A stretch of 60,171 nt of DNA, the filler included, from Dugesia japonica (Eukaryota), in NCBI GenBank assembly GCA_001938525.1. It is 5 parts of 5 records of this genome, joined end to end, with 100 filler letters (N's around TTAATTAATTAA, not from the genome) between each part and the next. Parts side by side here need not be neighbours in the genome. Positions count along the whole stretch, not along the records: positions 31,275 to 40,123 come from MQRL01619321.1; positions 40,224 to 49,665 come from MQRL01568139.1; 3 more parts are not named here. One strand, written 5' to 3'. This document shows positions 35,459-49,460 of this stretch, piece after piece. The position numbers were made by a program, and so were the translations under genes. The notes under the pieces are model-generated. The model worked only from the letters and a program-made list of their open reading frames with translations, was not told the DNA's origin and ran no database searches. Each line of letters begins with the position of its first letter. Position 1 is the first letter of the stretch.

Positions 35459-36503
35459 ATCATCTATGAATCGACTAAAACTGGTGTGATAATGTAATAT
35501 TGTATTAATAAATGTGTCCAAAATGATTTTTATATATCATTTTTCCATCTGATTTTCCAATTAATTAGAATTTAATTTAAAAATAAAATAAAGTTAGACA
35601 AAATAAACAGTAGATTATAACAAAATAAAGTAAAATATATCACATTCAGAAGAAGAAACGGATATTTGTGAAATTATTCACAGAATTGATATCAGTTAGT
35701 CACATAAAATATAGTTTCAATTGATAATCAGTTAATTTTTAAAACAAAAAACACTGAATTTCTTTACTAAGTGAAATCCTGAATAAAAAATATTTTATCA
35801 AATAGAAATGACAGAATTATTTAAAGAAAATTAAGAATGTTTCAAGAATTAAGAGTTTCGAAAATCAGAAAAACCCAATAGTTAAATGATATTAAAATAT
35901 CGAAAGTATAAAAATCATCTGAAATAAATAAAGTGATGAAAAAAATTCATTCAACATTAAATTCCAGTTCTGTAACTGAGTGAACCAATTCTAAGAGATT
36001 ATCATTCCTAAAATATAAATAGCTGGATGATATTTGAACAATTTAATTTAATCTGAGCAAATAATTTGCAAAATCAACAATAATTTCGTATAAAATTCCG
36101 TTTTTATTGACATTGAAATTGTCAACAGTGATATTTCAGTTAAATTATAAAAACAAAACGCAAATGAATAGTTGTAAAACAAATGAAAACTTATCAAAGA
36201 AATATTATTTGATTTGAAAATAAATAAAATAACTAAAGGATTAAAAAAAAAGATTTTTCTTTTACCAAAAATCTTAATTGAAAATTAATTGAAAATTAAT
36301 TAAAATTAATTAATTGAAAATTATTTTTAATAATCATGATTATTTTGAATATTTTCTGAAATTATAATTAACTTTTAAACGGTATTAAAACCTCTGAAAA
36401 TATTATTTTTATTTAATACTATGAAATACTCGTTCTTCTTCCTTATTCTATTTTCCGATTATTTTCCAGTTTACTTCATTTTAATTCATATTAACATTCC
36501 AGG

Positions 36504-36567
36504 TAGGGTTGCCAACATTTACCAACTACTCGACTGGGGGATTGACAAATAAACGGTCAATATAATA

Positions 36568-36632
<65 letters not shown>

Positions 36633-36682
36633 NNNNNNNNNNNNNNNNNNNNNNNNNNNNNNNNNNNNNNNNNNNNNNNNNN

Positions 36683-36740
<58 letters not shown>

Positions 36741-37085
36741 TATAATATATAATAATCAAATGTCTGTGGCTGTTTTCACATTTAATAAATAACCATGATT
36801 TTTATTATTCATCAGGTTTTTTACGTTAATAAATATGAATAACATATTAATCATTTCAAACAATCAAAATATTTTAAACTTGAACATAACCTCATTTTAT
36901 TTTAAATTTTATTTTTGCAGGCGCGTACCGATAGAATAATTAACAAACCGATTTTAATTTTTAATATTAAAGAATAATAAGTAAATTACTGATAATCATG
37001 TTCAAATTACTTATTAAACTGGAGACTGGATAAATGTCGCCAATACTGGAGTCTCCAGAAGAAACGGACACGGTTGGTAACTCTA
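36504..37085. mobile_element. hAT (Blackjack-like) MITE containing a (TAA)n microsatellite
   Basis: TAGGGTTGCCAAC / GTTGGTAACTCTA TIRs; TSD ATTCCAGG/ATTTCAGG. Confidence 0.85.
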
Positions 37086-37897
37086 ATTTCAGGCTACTGA
37101 ATTTTCTGTCTTCTGATACATATTTTATGGTAATATTCCTCTTTTACTAGTTTTTCAATTTCCAGAGAAACTAATTTCACTCACATTTTTATCAAGAAAA
37201 ACTTCGTTATTAGAATCCATTTATTGAGGAGAATTTGTCTGAAATTGAAAATCTTATTGAAAAGTTTGATACTCCAATTTGAATTTTAATCTTAATTTGG
37301 GGGTTTTCTAATTTTGAAAATCTTACTAAACTTTTATTTATAATTGCTAAATTCTCTATTAAAAATTTTTACAATTTAAATTTTAAACTTTATTTTCAGT
37401 ATTTAATATTACACAGGTTGTCTTAAATTATTCTAAAAATACTTACAAAGACTTTAACTATACACATCCAGCTCGAAACCAAACAACTCGAATACACTGA
37501 AATACACTCTCACTCATAATTTTACAATAAATGAAATATATTCCTTTAAATAAATTAAAATTTAAAAAAAATTTAAAACAGTTCCAACAAAATAAAGTTA
37601 TTTGTAAAATAATTCTTTAGTTTAATTTTTTAATGAATCCTCTGTGTTTACTGGAAAATCATCGAAAATTCAATAATTCTATTAACAGATTTTCTCTCCC
37701 AGGGCCACCTTATTGTTTCTTTTGATTAACTCTAAATAAATTCAAAAAATAGTATTGCATTGATTTTCATTTATTTTTCTGTGTTTCGTGAATCATTTGT
37801 ACACCATGCAACCTACTACAAATTTTCTGCGAATCATACGTGATTTACAAAGCACCCAGCGTGTTAAAATCAAATTTATCTGATTATTTTGACTTAT

Positions 37898-38195
37898 TTA
37901 AAAATTCATTGGAAGCAATTTCAGAGGTGGACTGCGAAGGATATTACAGACATACGCTTGGATACATCCCCAGATGCATCAACAATGAGTGTATTGAAGA
38001 TTAAAAATCAATTGTATCCAAGCGTATGTCTGTAATATTCTTCGCAGTCTACCTCTGAAATTGCTTCCAATGAATTTTTAATAGACTTCACCAAATCTGA
38101 TTCATTTTGAGGACATGATCTTTTCACAATCTCCTTCCACATAGAGAACATATTCTCTATGGGATTAAAAAATGGAGAATATGGTGGCAAAAACT
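37898..38195 (-). pseudogene. Tc1/IS630-like transposase C-terminal fragment with fold-back duplication
   Basis: LPPYSPFFNPIENMFSMWK motif; 69-bp inverted arms 37898-37966 and 38013-38081. Confidence 0.85.
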
Positions 38196-39804
38196 CAAAA
38201 AAAAAATTTTAAATAATGTATACCAATTTAATTTTACAATAATGTATATAAACAATTTTAAATTAAGCTTAACATATTTTAAATAAAAATTAATAAATTT
38301 TAAATTAAGCTTAAACATTTTAAATTAAACTTAAAATCCTGTATAATTTTTCAATTATATTTACTTTGCTATTTTACTTTATTACCAATTAAAAGTATTG
38401 GTTTGTTATGTTAGTCGATTTTATTAACGTAACAATTGATATAATAACCCTTCAAGATTGAAGTGGTTTTCATTTAAACATGACGAGTTTTTCAAATAAT
38501 TTCTTACTAGAGTGCCTATAACTGAAGGATAAACATTTTGACATAATTTATGGTTTGTTACTTAAACTTTAATAGAATTCCTTAAATGATTGTTAGATCA
38601 TCTAATATTGAACATTTTTAATAATAAATAATGAAATATACCTAATTCTACAAAAAAAATCATTCAAAAAATCATTACGTTTATTACGCGACTTGATTTT
38701 AGGCGTACTAATGGATTTATCCAAATAATTCTAAAATAATTTTTATATTATAAAACAATCAAAACTATAAAAATATTAAATAAAATGTATAAATTAATTA
38801 TATAAATTTCTAAACTAGCTATGTAACTTCTAAAATTTGTATTAAAAAACTCTATGATATATTTTCACATAAATAAATACTTTCTATTTTTTATTCCTCA
38901 ATACTATTTTACTTTAGTTTTTATTAGCCATTTTTATTTGATTGTTTTTCTGATCCGGCATATCTATTGATTTCTTCAAACATTTCTAAGTTAATGTCTT
39001 CATAACCTCGAAATCAAGTATTTTGAGCAGTTTTTATTTACTACCTTCATTTAATTTCAAATATATCGGCAATAAATTTTGTTCAATTATATAGTATAAC
39101 CTCTAGGATCGTTTCACACTCATAAATTTTCACAATTAAATCTATTGTATCTATCCTATGTAAAGTTAAATAGGAATAGGCATGATTCAACTTAATATCA
39201 GTAAAAATGTTCTAAGTAATAATAATAATATATAATTTTTACTTTGCTTTGTTTTATCGTTGCTATTTCCCGAACATTTATCATGTTTTCGCGAATATAT
39301 TATGTGACCGGATTCTAAGGTTCCAAAAAATAAAAATTTTCAATGAAAATAAATAATTTCTTTGGAAAATATAATAACTCCAAAATAAATTATTTCTAAA
39401 AAATATTTTGAAATTATTATCAATTAGAATTTATGGTAATTTTTAGATTTTTTATAAAATAATGCTCGAGCATTAACTTTAAGGTAAAAAATCATTCGTT
39501 AGTAAAATATATTATTGTAAATATATTATAAATATTGTAAATTATTATAAATATATTATTAAATATATTATATTATTANNNNNNNNNNNNNNNNNNNNNN
39601 NNNNNNNNNNNNNNNNNNNNNNNNNNNNNNNNNNNNNNNNNNNNNNNNNNNNNNNNNNNNNNNNNNNNNNNNNNATATGCATATAATTAATTATTACAAG
39701 CATATAGTGTAATTTCATACATTATTTCGAATTGATAATACTAAAATCTATTAATGTAAAATCAAAAATTGTGAACTTGCGCATTATAAATATAAAGAAA
39801 TTCT

Positions 39805-40032
39805 TTTACAATTGTAATTATTGCGAGAATAATTGTTGGATATAACCATTGATCGTTTTACAGAATTCATTTAAAATAAAAGCTTCGATCAAAATTTTTG
39901 TTTTTTTATTGATATTTGATAACAATTCGATATTTCGTCAATTCCTGAAGAAGACTAAGTCGAAATATCTAATTGTTATCAAATATCAATAAAAAACAAA
40001 GATTTTGATAGAAGCTTTTATTTCAAACGAAT
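39805..40032. mobile_element. Inverted pair of the HHR-bearing repeat (Penelope-like inverted pLTR structure)
   Basis: ~72-bp arms 39865-39937 and 39961-40032 around a 23-nt loop holding the HHR 5' half. Confidence 0.7.
39939..39975 (+). ncRNA. Minimal type I hammerhead ribozyme
   Basis: CAAUUC-CUGAAGA-A-GAC UAA GUC-GAAA-UAUC-UAAUUG. One stem I mismatch; the inverted copy retains GAAUUG. Confidence 0.65.
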
Positions 40033-41279
40033 AAGGAAATTCTTTTGTAAATTTTAATCATAAATAAATTTAGTTAAAAATTAAAATTTTATTTTAAAGT
40101 TTTTTTTTTGATTAAAATTTATGNNNNNNNNNNNNNNNNNNNNNNNNNNNNNNNNNNNNNNNNNNNNTTAATTAATTAANNNNNNNNNNNNNNNNNNNNN
40201 NNNNNNNNNNNNNNNNNNNNNNNCGACACCCGTCCTTGTTATTTAATTTTTGATTTNNNNNNNNNNNNNNNNNNNNNNNNNNNNNNNNNNNNNNNNNNNN
40301 NNNNNNNNNNNNNNNNNNNNNNNNNNNNNNNNNNNNNNNNNNNNNNNNNNNNNNNNNNNNNNNNNNNNNNNNNNNNNNNNNNNNNNNNNNNNNNNNNNNN
40401 NNNNNNNNNNNNNNNNNNNNNNNNNNNNNNNNNNNNNNNNNNNNNNNNNNNNNNNNNNNNNNNNNNNNNNNNNNNNNNNNNNNNNNNNNTTTGGGCCATA
40501 TTATATGATATCTGCAGTACATCACCAATTTTCTTAACAGTAAGGCTAATTTCATAAGCATCAGTGTTACCAATTCAATATTTTTCTTTCTTGAATCACT
40601 TTTTGAAGTTTGGAAATTAATTTCTCTGATTTTTTTGTACTCTTTACAAATTGTTATGAAGCGACGTACACTTATGCGATCATCTGAACCTGCTTCTTCT
40701 GTAATTTTATCAATTCTTGTCACTAATCATACGAATCTGCGTAAAGTTTCAATTAGAATAAATAACCGTGCTTTTTGTGGCTTCGCTGAACTTTTTTATA
40801 AACATCGAAAACAAATACAAAATGTTTAAATCGATTTGAATATTAAAACAAGATACAATAATGAAAGTTTAGTGCTAGCTTATATTCATACAACACAATA
40901 ATATCTGAAATTCAAAACTACGCCGTTTTTCCGATATAGCATATAATTATGTTTTTATTTTCATGATTTTTTAAAATTTTATCAATAAAGTGCATATGAG
41001 AACTTCTGGGACACATTTATGTGTGTTCATTGGATACACGTTAAATGTGTGAGTATGTGATTTTAGACCACTTTCATAACTTTTCATTAAAGAAAATTAT
41101 TACAAGCATTCAAATTATGTCACAGAATTTTAATTTCTGTTAAATGTGAATTTTCATCACGCACAAGTGTAAACCTTTTGTACCGATAATTATCGTGTTA
41201 ATCTTTGAATGAGAAAGAGGAAATCTTATTTTTAAATTCTTATACAGAATTCATAATTGTGAAGTAAAAATGAAACATA

Positions 41280-41604
41280 CACCTAATTCTGTTTTTACGC
41301 GATTCCAAAAACATTTCACTCTGTTTTACGTGGTTTCTGGCAATTTTTGTGAAATTATGCATGTTTTTTTTTATCTAAAATATTGAATAATTATTAAATG
41401 AATTGTTTCTTTTTTGTTTTTTATTTAAATAAAATGTGTGTATATGAGCAAATAAAAACCATTAATTTGCATTATACTGTATTCACCTTATTTTAGCTGA
41501 TATTTAAGATGTAAAACTAATTCAATCTTTTTATGTGGATTCATTATCTTTTTTTACGAGAGCTTCCGCAGAACGTATCTATCGCGTTAAAACCGAATTA
41601 GGTG
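41280..41604. mobile_element. Tc1/mariner (pogo/Tigger-like) MITE
   Basis: 24-bp TIRs CACCTAATTC(T/G)GTTTT(T/A)ACGCGAT; TA TSD. Confidence 0.85.
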
Positions 41605-42147
41605 TACTATCAAGTTTTTATGTATGTTTTTTATATAATATTGATTATTTTTTAAGTTAATAATAGTGAATGTTGATTAATAATTTGTGCATAATATAGG
41701 CTTTAATAGCAATTTCATAACTTCTCATTAAAGAAAATTATTACTATCATTAATTCATATTTTCAGATTTTATTTGGCAGCAATGTTCTTATGATAAAGT
41801 GACCTTATTGTATAGATAATATTATTTAACAAAATCAATATTCAATAATCGATATTTTACCTAATATCAGTAACAACAAATTCATGAAATAATCCTATTC
41901 ATTTCACCGGTAAATAATTATGATTTAGACTAGCTAGAAATATGACACTAAAATAACTAAAGTTACTGTTAATTTTTGATTAATCAGTTGCAAGCATCTA
42001 GGGAAAAGTCACATATGTAATAGTTATCAGGTTTCCTCGCCGTTTATTCAAAAAAAAATTTCAAAAATATTAGTTAATATTTGACAAATACAATGTCTAA
42101 ATTTTCCGCTCATCTTTTTCAATTAATTAACACGAAGTCCTAAACTG

Positions 42148-42182
<35 letters not shown>

Positions 42183-42439
42183 ACGATTTAATTCGTTAAT
42201 TGAGTTTTAATTTCAATTTGATTTTTTCATAATTTTATTATCAAAACTTAATTCTGGATAAATTAATTATTTTTTTATAAATGACAATGTTGGACGATCT
42301 AACGATGAATCTGTCTACAGATTATTTGTTTTTAATTTTAATCTAAGGGCTGATTACTTTTTAAAGATTGATTTAAAGATTTCAAATATCTGAGATTTTT
42401 TTAATTTTTATATTTATTATTTTGGGATTTCAAGTGCAA

Positions 42440-43833
42440 GTATTTATGGAATTCTCAAAGCCAAAAAAACAACTGAATCTGAACTTAATCGGGGTCACGG
42501 AATAAAACAATGTCGAATCAAGACGAATGAAAATCTTGAGAAAGCTATTTGACATGGTTTAAGCAAACCAAAAGTCAAAGTATTTCTGTTACAGGAAAAG
42601 TCTAGGGAGCTTGTAGTTGATTTAAAAATAATTGATTATTATTAATNNNNNNNNNNNNNNNNNNNNNNNNNNNNNNNNNNNNNNNNNNNNNNNNNNNNNN
42701 NNNNNNNNNNNNNNNNNNNNNTGCAATAAAAATGGAATAATTAAACATATAGCAAGAGCAAATACTCCAACAAACTATTAGCGATTATTCTTCAAATGAC
42801 GTATTTAATGTAGATGAATGTGGTTCTTTTTGGCGTTTATTGCAAAATAGAACACTTGCATTCCAAGGAGAGCGTTGTGTCGCTGGTCAAATAAGTAAAG
42901 AAATAATTACTTTTTTAGTTGGTACAAATTGTTCAGAAGCTAAAAAATTGCAATTGTTGGTCATAGTAAAATCAACAAATCCTAATTTTAAAAAGGCTAG
43001 AATACCAATTTAATACTTATCTAATAATAATGTTTGAATGGCAGCAAACATTTTTGAAACATTGGTAAAAGAATGGGTTGCTAAACTTGGCAGAAACGGC
43101 AGAAAAATTTTGCTTTTTATCGATAATTGTTCTGCTCATGTTTCAACAATTCAACTAACAAATATTAGCCTGAAATTTTTTATATCTAAGACAACGGCGG
43201 CAGTGCAACCAAAGTCTCAAAATACATTACAAACGTCTTTTATTACGTTGTAAAATTGATACTATTTACGCTAAAAAGATTTTAATTTTAATTTACTTGA
43301 TTATATTATATCTTCTTCGGAGATCTTGGCATGCTATAACAAGTGATATAATTAAAAATTGTTTTGATAAGGTTAAGTTTAATGCTTTGAGGAACATTTA
43401 GGGTAACTTTTTAATGAAGAGTTCGATTCGCTTTGGCTTTCCTTAAAAAAGTAGATGAAATTGATGAATCTATTAGCCTTATAGATTTTAACGTAGCGGA
43501 TGAACAATTGTTTTTGGAAATTCTAATAATAATGATATTGAATTGGAATCAATTGAAGAAGTGGGATTAGTCGCAATATCCAATAGAGAAGCACGAGAAG
43601 CATTAAATATTTTATCTCGTTGTTTGGATAAAAATCAGCTGATCAAAGAATTTTGAGCTTGAGGACGAGCTTATAAAATATCGACAAAAGAATTCAAAGC
43701 AATCGAGTTTATTTGACTTGTTAAATTTGTTTTAAAAAGTTTTCATGCTTTATTAATATTCTTATTGTAAATACCTATTTAAGATGACAGTTGCATCCGT
43801 CCTAACGATTGTTGTCTTAGAGAGGTTCATATG
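42440..43833 (+). pseudogene. pogo/Tigger transposase (CENP-B HTH + DDE_1) pseudogene
   Basis: VFNVDECGSFWRLLQNRTL, KILLFIDNCSAH, TTAAVQP; right end ..GAGAGGTTCATATG|TA. Confidence 0.85.
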
Positions 43834-44649
43834 TATTAGAATATTGGTAAGAATAAATCGATGAACAAAATTTATGTTTAGAGAAATCGAGATGTAGTCT
43901 ACAAAATGTGTTTACAATATTGTATTTGAATAATATTAATTCTCTTTGATTCACGCGATTAAATTTCACACATATTTGTATTGATATTTATAATTATTTA
44001 TATATATATATATATATATATATGCATAACATTTTATTAATTGTCCTCTCTAGGATGGGAACACTAATTGCAACTTGTAACTGATACTTCATTTTGTCGA
44101 TATTTGTGTCTATCGTAAATTTGTGAACCAATTTTGATTTTCTTTTATCAAAGTTGCAGATTTACTTAGAATTTCTGTCATAGACAATCTAACACACAAA
44201 TTGAATTTATTAGTGATTTATTTTAGTAATCTATCTCATACAGTTCCCAAAAAGAAATTTTAATTTCTATCCAGAGAATTCAATAATTAATAATTCTTTA
44301 TTGTTTTCTGGTTTTTCTGTTTCTTTTGTTTTATAACTTTTTATTGATTAGTTGGATATAAATTTATATTTAATTGTTTGATATATTATATTATATATAT
44401 AATGTAGTTTCAATTTTTTGTAAATTTAACAAAATCAATAAATATTTAAAAAAAATACAATTTCTACTGTGGAATGATGACCATACTATTGGAAAATGTG
44501 TGTCACTATTTTGGTGACACTATTTTCAAGTGTCAGTTTGTGTTGGAATCTTTATTCTGGATTCTTTTGAGAATNNNNNNNNNNNNNNNNNNNNNNNNNN
44601 NNNNNNNNNNNNNNNNNNNNNNNNNNNNNNNNNNNNNNNNNNNNNNNNN

Positions 44650-44863
44650 CCGTACGTCCACGGTAATAATTTTGTTCAAATTATGTGAAGCACATAGCAA
44701 TGTACATAGCAATATTTAAACTTTTTACTAGTCAGACATTCTGTGCATCACATATCGTGCGCTCAGAGCCTTTAATCAATTTAATTTTCATTAATCTCAA
44801 ACAAGATTTTATTAAAGAAAATAAGACAAATTGTGCACCACATATGATGCACAGGACAAAGGG
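44650..44863. mobile_element. piggyBac-like terminal fragment
   Basis: ..AAAGGG|TTAA end and two TGTGCA(T/C)CACATAT subterminal repeats; other end not seen. Confidence 0.5.
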
Positions 44864-46973
44864 TTAAGATAAAATTAATGAATTTTGTAAAATAAATAAA
44901 CAAATTATATTTGTGAAATTTAATAAATTTACAATAAAATCAAAATAACTGTCAAACTCAGAAATAAAGTTGAGGTGGATGACGTTTGTCTATACAAATT
45001 GAATTTTCAAAATTTAAAATGAATGAAATGCTCAACAAAACTTATTGATTGTTATCTCAAATAATGTTTAAAAGTTATATTAAAACTTACTAAATTATTT
45101 ATTATTATTGTTATTATTATATACTTTTCTATGTTTCCATTATTTAGACTCAATGTTGTTGTAAATGTCGCTCTTAAATGTTGTTATAAATTCTTATTGA
45201 AACGGGGTAATTTTTTAAGCTTTATCGATAACAAATTAAAATAATTTTTAAAAATTTCAGAAAATGATCATTATTGGAATTTGTGTAGCAGTTCTCATTT
45301 GTATAGTAATCGGAATGATAGCTGGATTTGTGCCCAAAAAGTGATCTTTAATAATCAATTCGGCACCCTTTGTCTAACAAATCAAGTTTTACTGTGCACA
45401 TGTAGACATTGTTTACCAGCACAGCGAATCTAGAATATGTTAAATGGTGTGCTCCATCATTTGAAGATGTGTATATTTATTTCTATCTCCTCTCTGACTA
45501 TTGAATCAACTTGGCTGTTTTCAGCGCAATCGATCTAGCATTGTTATAGATTTACCTTTTATTCTCTATTTTATTGTATAAATTAAGAATGATGATAAAC
45601 TTACAAAAAAAATCAATCAATTTGTATTAAATTTTGGTTTTATTTCTAGATTATAACGATTTTTCTCTTCTATTGATTATCTATATATGTATAATTACTA
45701 TTATAATTATTGTTATTATCGATTATTTATGTATTATTCCTAATTTTCAAATAATTGATTTTGAAATACTATAATCGATTGTGTAAACATTTGGTTGGAG
45801 CTGGATCGTTATTTTATTTGACCATTTCCCATATGCATTTAGGTTGTTATTCGGTGTGTGTGATTTGGATTTCTATATTTTTATTTGCTGTGGTTTGATA
45901 TAATGATTATTTAAATTATTACTATTATGTGGTTATTTTTTATTTTAATTATTATTATTGATTATTATTATTNTAATAATTATTATTATTGATGATTATT
46001 ATTGATTATTATTATTCTTGATTATTATTATTCTTGATTATTATTATTGATTATTATTATTGATTATTAGTATTATTGATTAATATTATTATAATAATTA
46101 TTATTATAATTACTATTATCAATTAATTAATTAATATAATTATTAACACCATAATTAATTAAAATAACAAGTGATTCTTAATGCATTACTTGCGCTTGCC
46201 TTTAGAAAGATAAAAGATTGTGATTTTGGATAATATTTGTGTGAAATTAAATAGTAAATGTAATGTTGGTATCATTTATGAGACAGAGGAAATTATGTTT
46301 GATTTGTGTAGCTGTTTTTGAAGATTGTTGTTGGTTGTTACATTGATTCCTTTGAAACTTGTTATTTGAAAATCTGTTGAGTTTCTTATTATATATGCAT
46401 ATAATATTGATATTCTATATTTAGTAGAGCTGCGTAGAAATTTAGATTTTTTCTACTATTTATTGTAGTTTGATACAAAAAATTTGATAGTAATTTGAAT
46501 AAATTTTGCTATTATTATTATTATTGATTTATTATCTCTTTTATTTTGTTATTTTAGAATTAATTGTAATGTAAATCGATTTTTTTTATTCAATTTCACT
46601 GGATATTGTTCGATTTATCAACTGTGGTTTTCTGATAAAATAGTCAATTATAATTTTTTTTTCTGATGAATAAATATTTATTAAAGATTTGATATTTTAG
46701 TCAAATAATTTTTTGTTGAATTTTAACTGAATAAATGTGTTCTCTGCCAAGGAAAAATAAAAAGTAATTCGAAATTATTTGAATAAAATTGTTTTGAAAA
46801 CCAAATGAAATAAATTCTATTTGATGTTAAATTTTCAATTGAATTTCTACTGTGATAAATTAATATTTTGTATCCAGCTGGTTTTTGTTGGATAATCATT
46901 TAGAAATTTTACAGCAAGTTCCGTTTTATCATACAAACAGTAATTAATACATATTAAAATAACTTATTTTATA

Positions 46974-47948
46974 TTAGGTTTGGTAAGAAATTAATGTCAG
47001 TTTTTTTTACTTAAAATTTAAACATGAAATAACTTAAATAACTAAACTTCATTAAATTATTGTAATTATTATTTAAAAGAGATATAAGGTCTATGAATTT
47101 GGTATTTGTTTTAGTATTTCAAAAAATTCCGTCTCATTTCGATTGAATATTTCAAATATGAAATTAAAAAATTAAATGAGTGCCAGTAGAAACTGGGAAG
47201 CTCGAAATATCAATTTCGCACATTCAGTCACGGGACGATAAATGAGCGCTCCATGAAGAGGTGGTTTAGTGATGTAGATGAGAGCCTGGCAGAGGTGAAA
47301 AGTCGTGCACGTCCAGCATCTGTGTATAATGAAAAATTAAATGACTTTGTAAACGCAGATCTGCGCACAACTATTTGACAGCTTGTCCAAGAATTAAGTG
47401 TCAGTCACATAGCTATTCTGAATCATCTGAAACAATTGGGTAACATGAAGAAGCTTGATAAATGGGTGCTGCGTGACTTAAGGGAAAAAATATAAAAATT
47501 TGACATTTTGAAATCTGTTCGTCACTTTTCCAGATTATCAACGACCATATCATCGATCGGATAGTGATGTGCGATGAATACTAGGTATTATTTGATAATC
47601 GCAAGTGTTCCGCGCTGTAGTTTGATCATAACCAAGCTTCATAGCAAATGCCAAAACCTCAATTTCATCGAAAAAAGATTATGGTAAGCGTTTGGTGGTA
47701 TTCTAGATGCATTATCTATTTACACTTTCTGTCTTACAGTGAAACTATTGCAGCGTACAAATACTGTAAAGAAATCAATGAAATGCATAAAAAGTCACAT
47801 CTTCTTCATCCAGCTTTACACTACAGAAAACGTCCAGTTTCTATTCATGATAATCCTATGCTACGTGCTGCTCAAATGACAATACGATAGTTACATTACA
47901 CGAAATTTTGATTCATGGCCAGATCTTTTCCTTACTGACTATTACCTT
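46974..47948 (+). mobile_element. mariner transposase pseudogene (cecropia/Hsmar1-like)
   Basis: TA|TTAGGTTTGGTAAG TIR; KKLDKWVL, RIVMCDE, KKIMVSVWW, IHDN, PDLFLTDYYL motifs with stops. Confidence 0.9.
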
Positions 47949-49039
47949 TGTTGGGGTGAAACACCCAGCGTAATGAAATCAAGGTTGAAGAGGGTCATGG
48001 GAATGATGCCAGTTTGTATAAGAAAACCCAATAAAAGGACCCCCGGTTTTTAGCGAGCAATAACACAAAAAAAATTTAAAATTTATCTGAGCAAGTACTA
48101 TTGCGTATTTTTGAAGGATATTAATTCAAGTCACTGGAAAATCACCACTATAAACCACCACTATTATCTCAAGCAGTTAGTTGGAGGATAAAACATTTTC
48201 ACGGTTAAACAATTTGCTTTAGGGAGATCTTTGGTTCAACCGTTGTCATTGAAAAAAGGAATTAAAGTATCGACTGGGCGAAAAAAACTATTAACTCTGC
48301 AAGATAAAAGAAGAGATCACCCACCAAATTATTCGATTGCAGGTTCCCAACATTTTACCCGTTGCAGAAATAAGCTTTTGATTAAAGAAAAGTAAATTTC
48401 ATGTATATTTTATATTATAACATTTGTATTTGTTATTTAATAATAAATGTTGTAAACTATTTTACCGTAAAAGAAATAATAAATTAATAGATAAAATAAA
48501 ATAAAGAATTCACAATCATATTTATTNNNNNNNNNNNNNNNNNNNNNNNNNNNNNNNNNNNNNNNNNNNNNNNNNNTCCAAACGATAGTTAAACGCGTAA
48601 TTCCAGCGAACGAGAAGATATTCGTAAATGTTCCTTTAAATTATTGAATCAGCAAATATCACAATATTATGTCTCCAATTTATATATCACCAGAAACTGT
48701 TGTTGAAACCGTAGCGATTGAGAGTAATAATTCCAACGTATCTGTCACTAGTATAGGAATGAAAAATTACAGCAGCAAAATATCCGATAATTAGTTAACG
48801 TCGTGCATTCAGTCAAAGTGAGAAATTTTAGTGATGTTGTTTCTTAGAGTCTGTATGACTAATAATTTCATCCTCGATCATAATAGGTGTGTGCCAACTG
48901 TGACGAAAAAAGAAAAACTATCTAAGTTGCCAAGTAACCATGTTGGGTGGGAATTCGAAAATATAAAGATGGCCCTATAGCTGAATATTCCTATTTGTAT
49001 TATCGCAGAGATCATCTTTGACTTTAGTACCATTATAAC

Positions 49040-49460
49040 TATTATTGTAAACATCACTATTATTATTAGATTCTCTTGATATTATTCTTATTAATCTGAT
49101 TATTGGCATTACTATATTTGTAATTGGGTTGATTATTATGATTAGTGACATTACCATTATCATCATGATTATTATTATTACTGTTATTATCATTATTACT
49201 ATTATTATCGTTATCATTATTACCATCATTAACTTTATCATTAACTTCATTTGTACTAATATTATCGTTATTATTATTAATATCATTAATTTTATCGATA
49301 TTATTATTATTACCATTATTGTTATCATTATCATTGTCAATACGACCGTTGAAATTCATAGATCATCATCCCTCAGAAAAAATCAAATACATATAATTTT
49401 ATAGTATGTTATCCTTACCCTCATTATGACGAATGCTACAAATAATTCCCAATAACGACC
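49040..49460. repeat. Degenerate (ATT/ATC/GTT)n tract
   Basis: Triplet low complexity that generates the Ile- and Asn-rich ORFs in the track. Confidence 0.75.

Noticed and set aside
35650-37240. Possible decayed minus-strand gene interrupted by the hAT MITE
   Set aside because: Too many stops and no recognisable motif.
40490-40810. Possible transposase HTH remnant on the minus strand
   Set aside because: Similarity too weak, and the ORFs mostly run through N gaps.
47949-48422. Possible solo LTR (TG..CA) truncating the mariner
   Set aside because: No TSD or second copy to support the boundaries.
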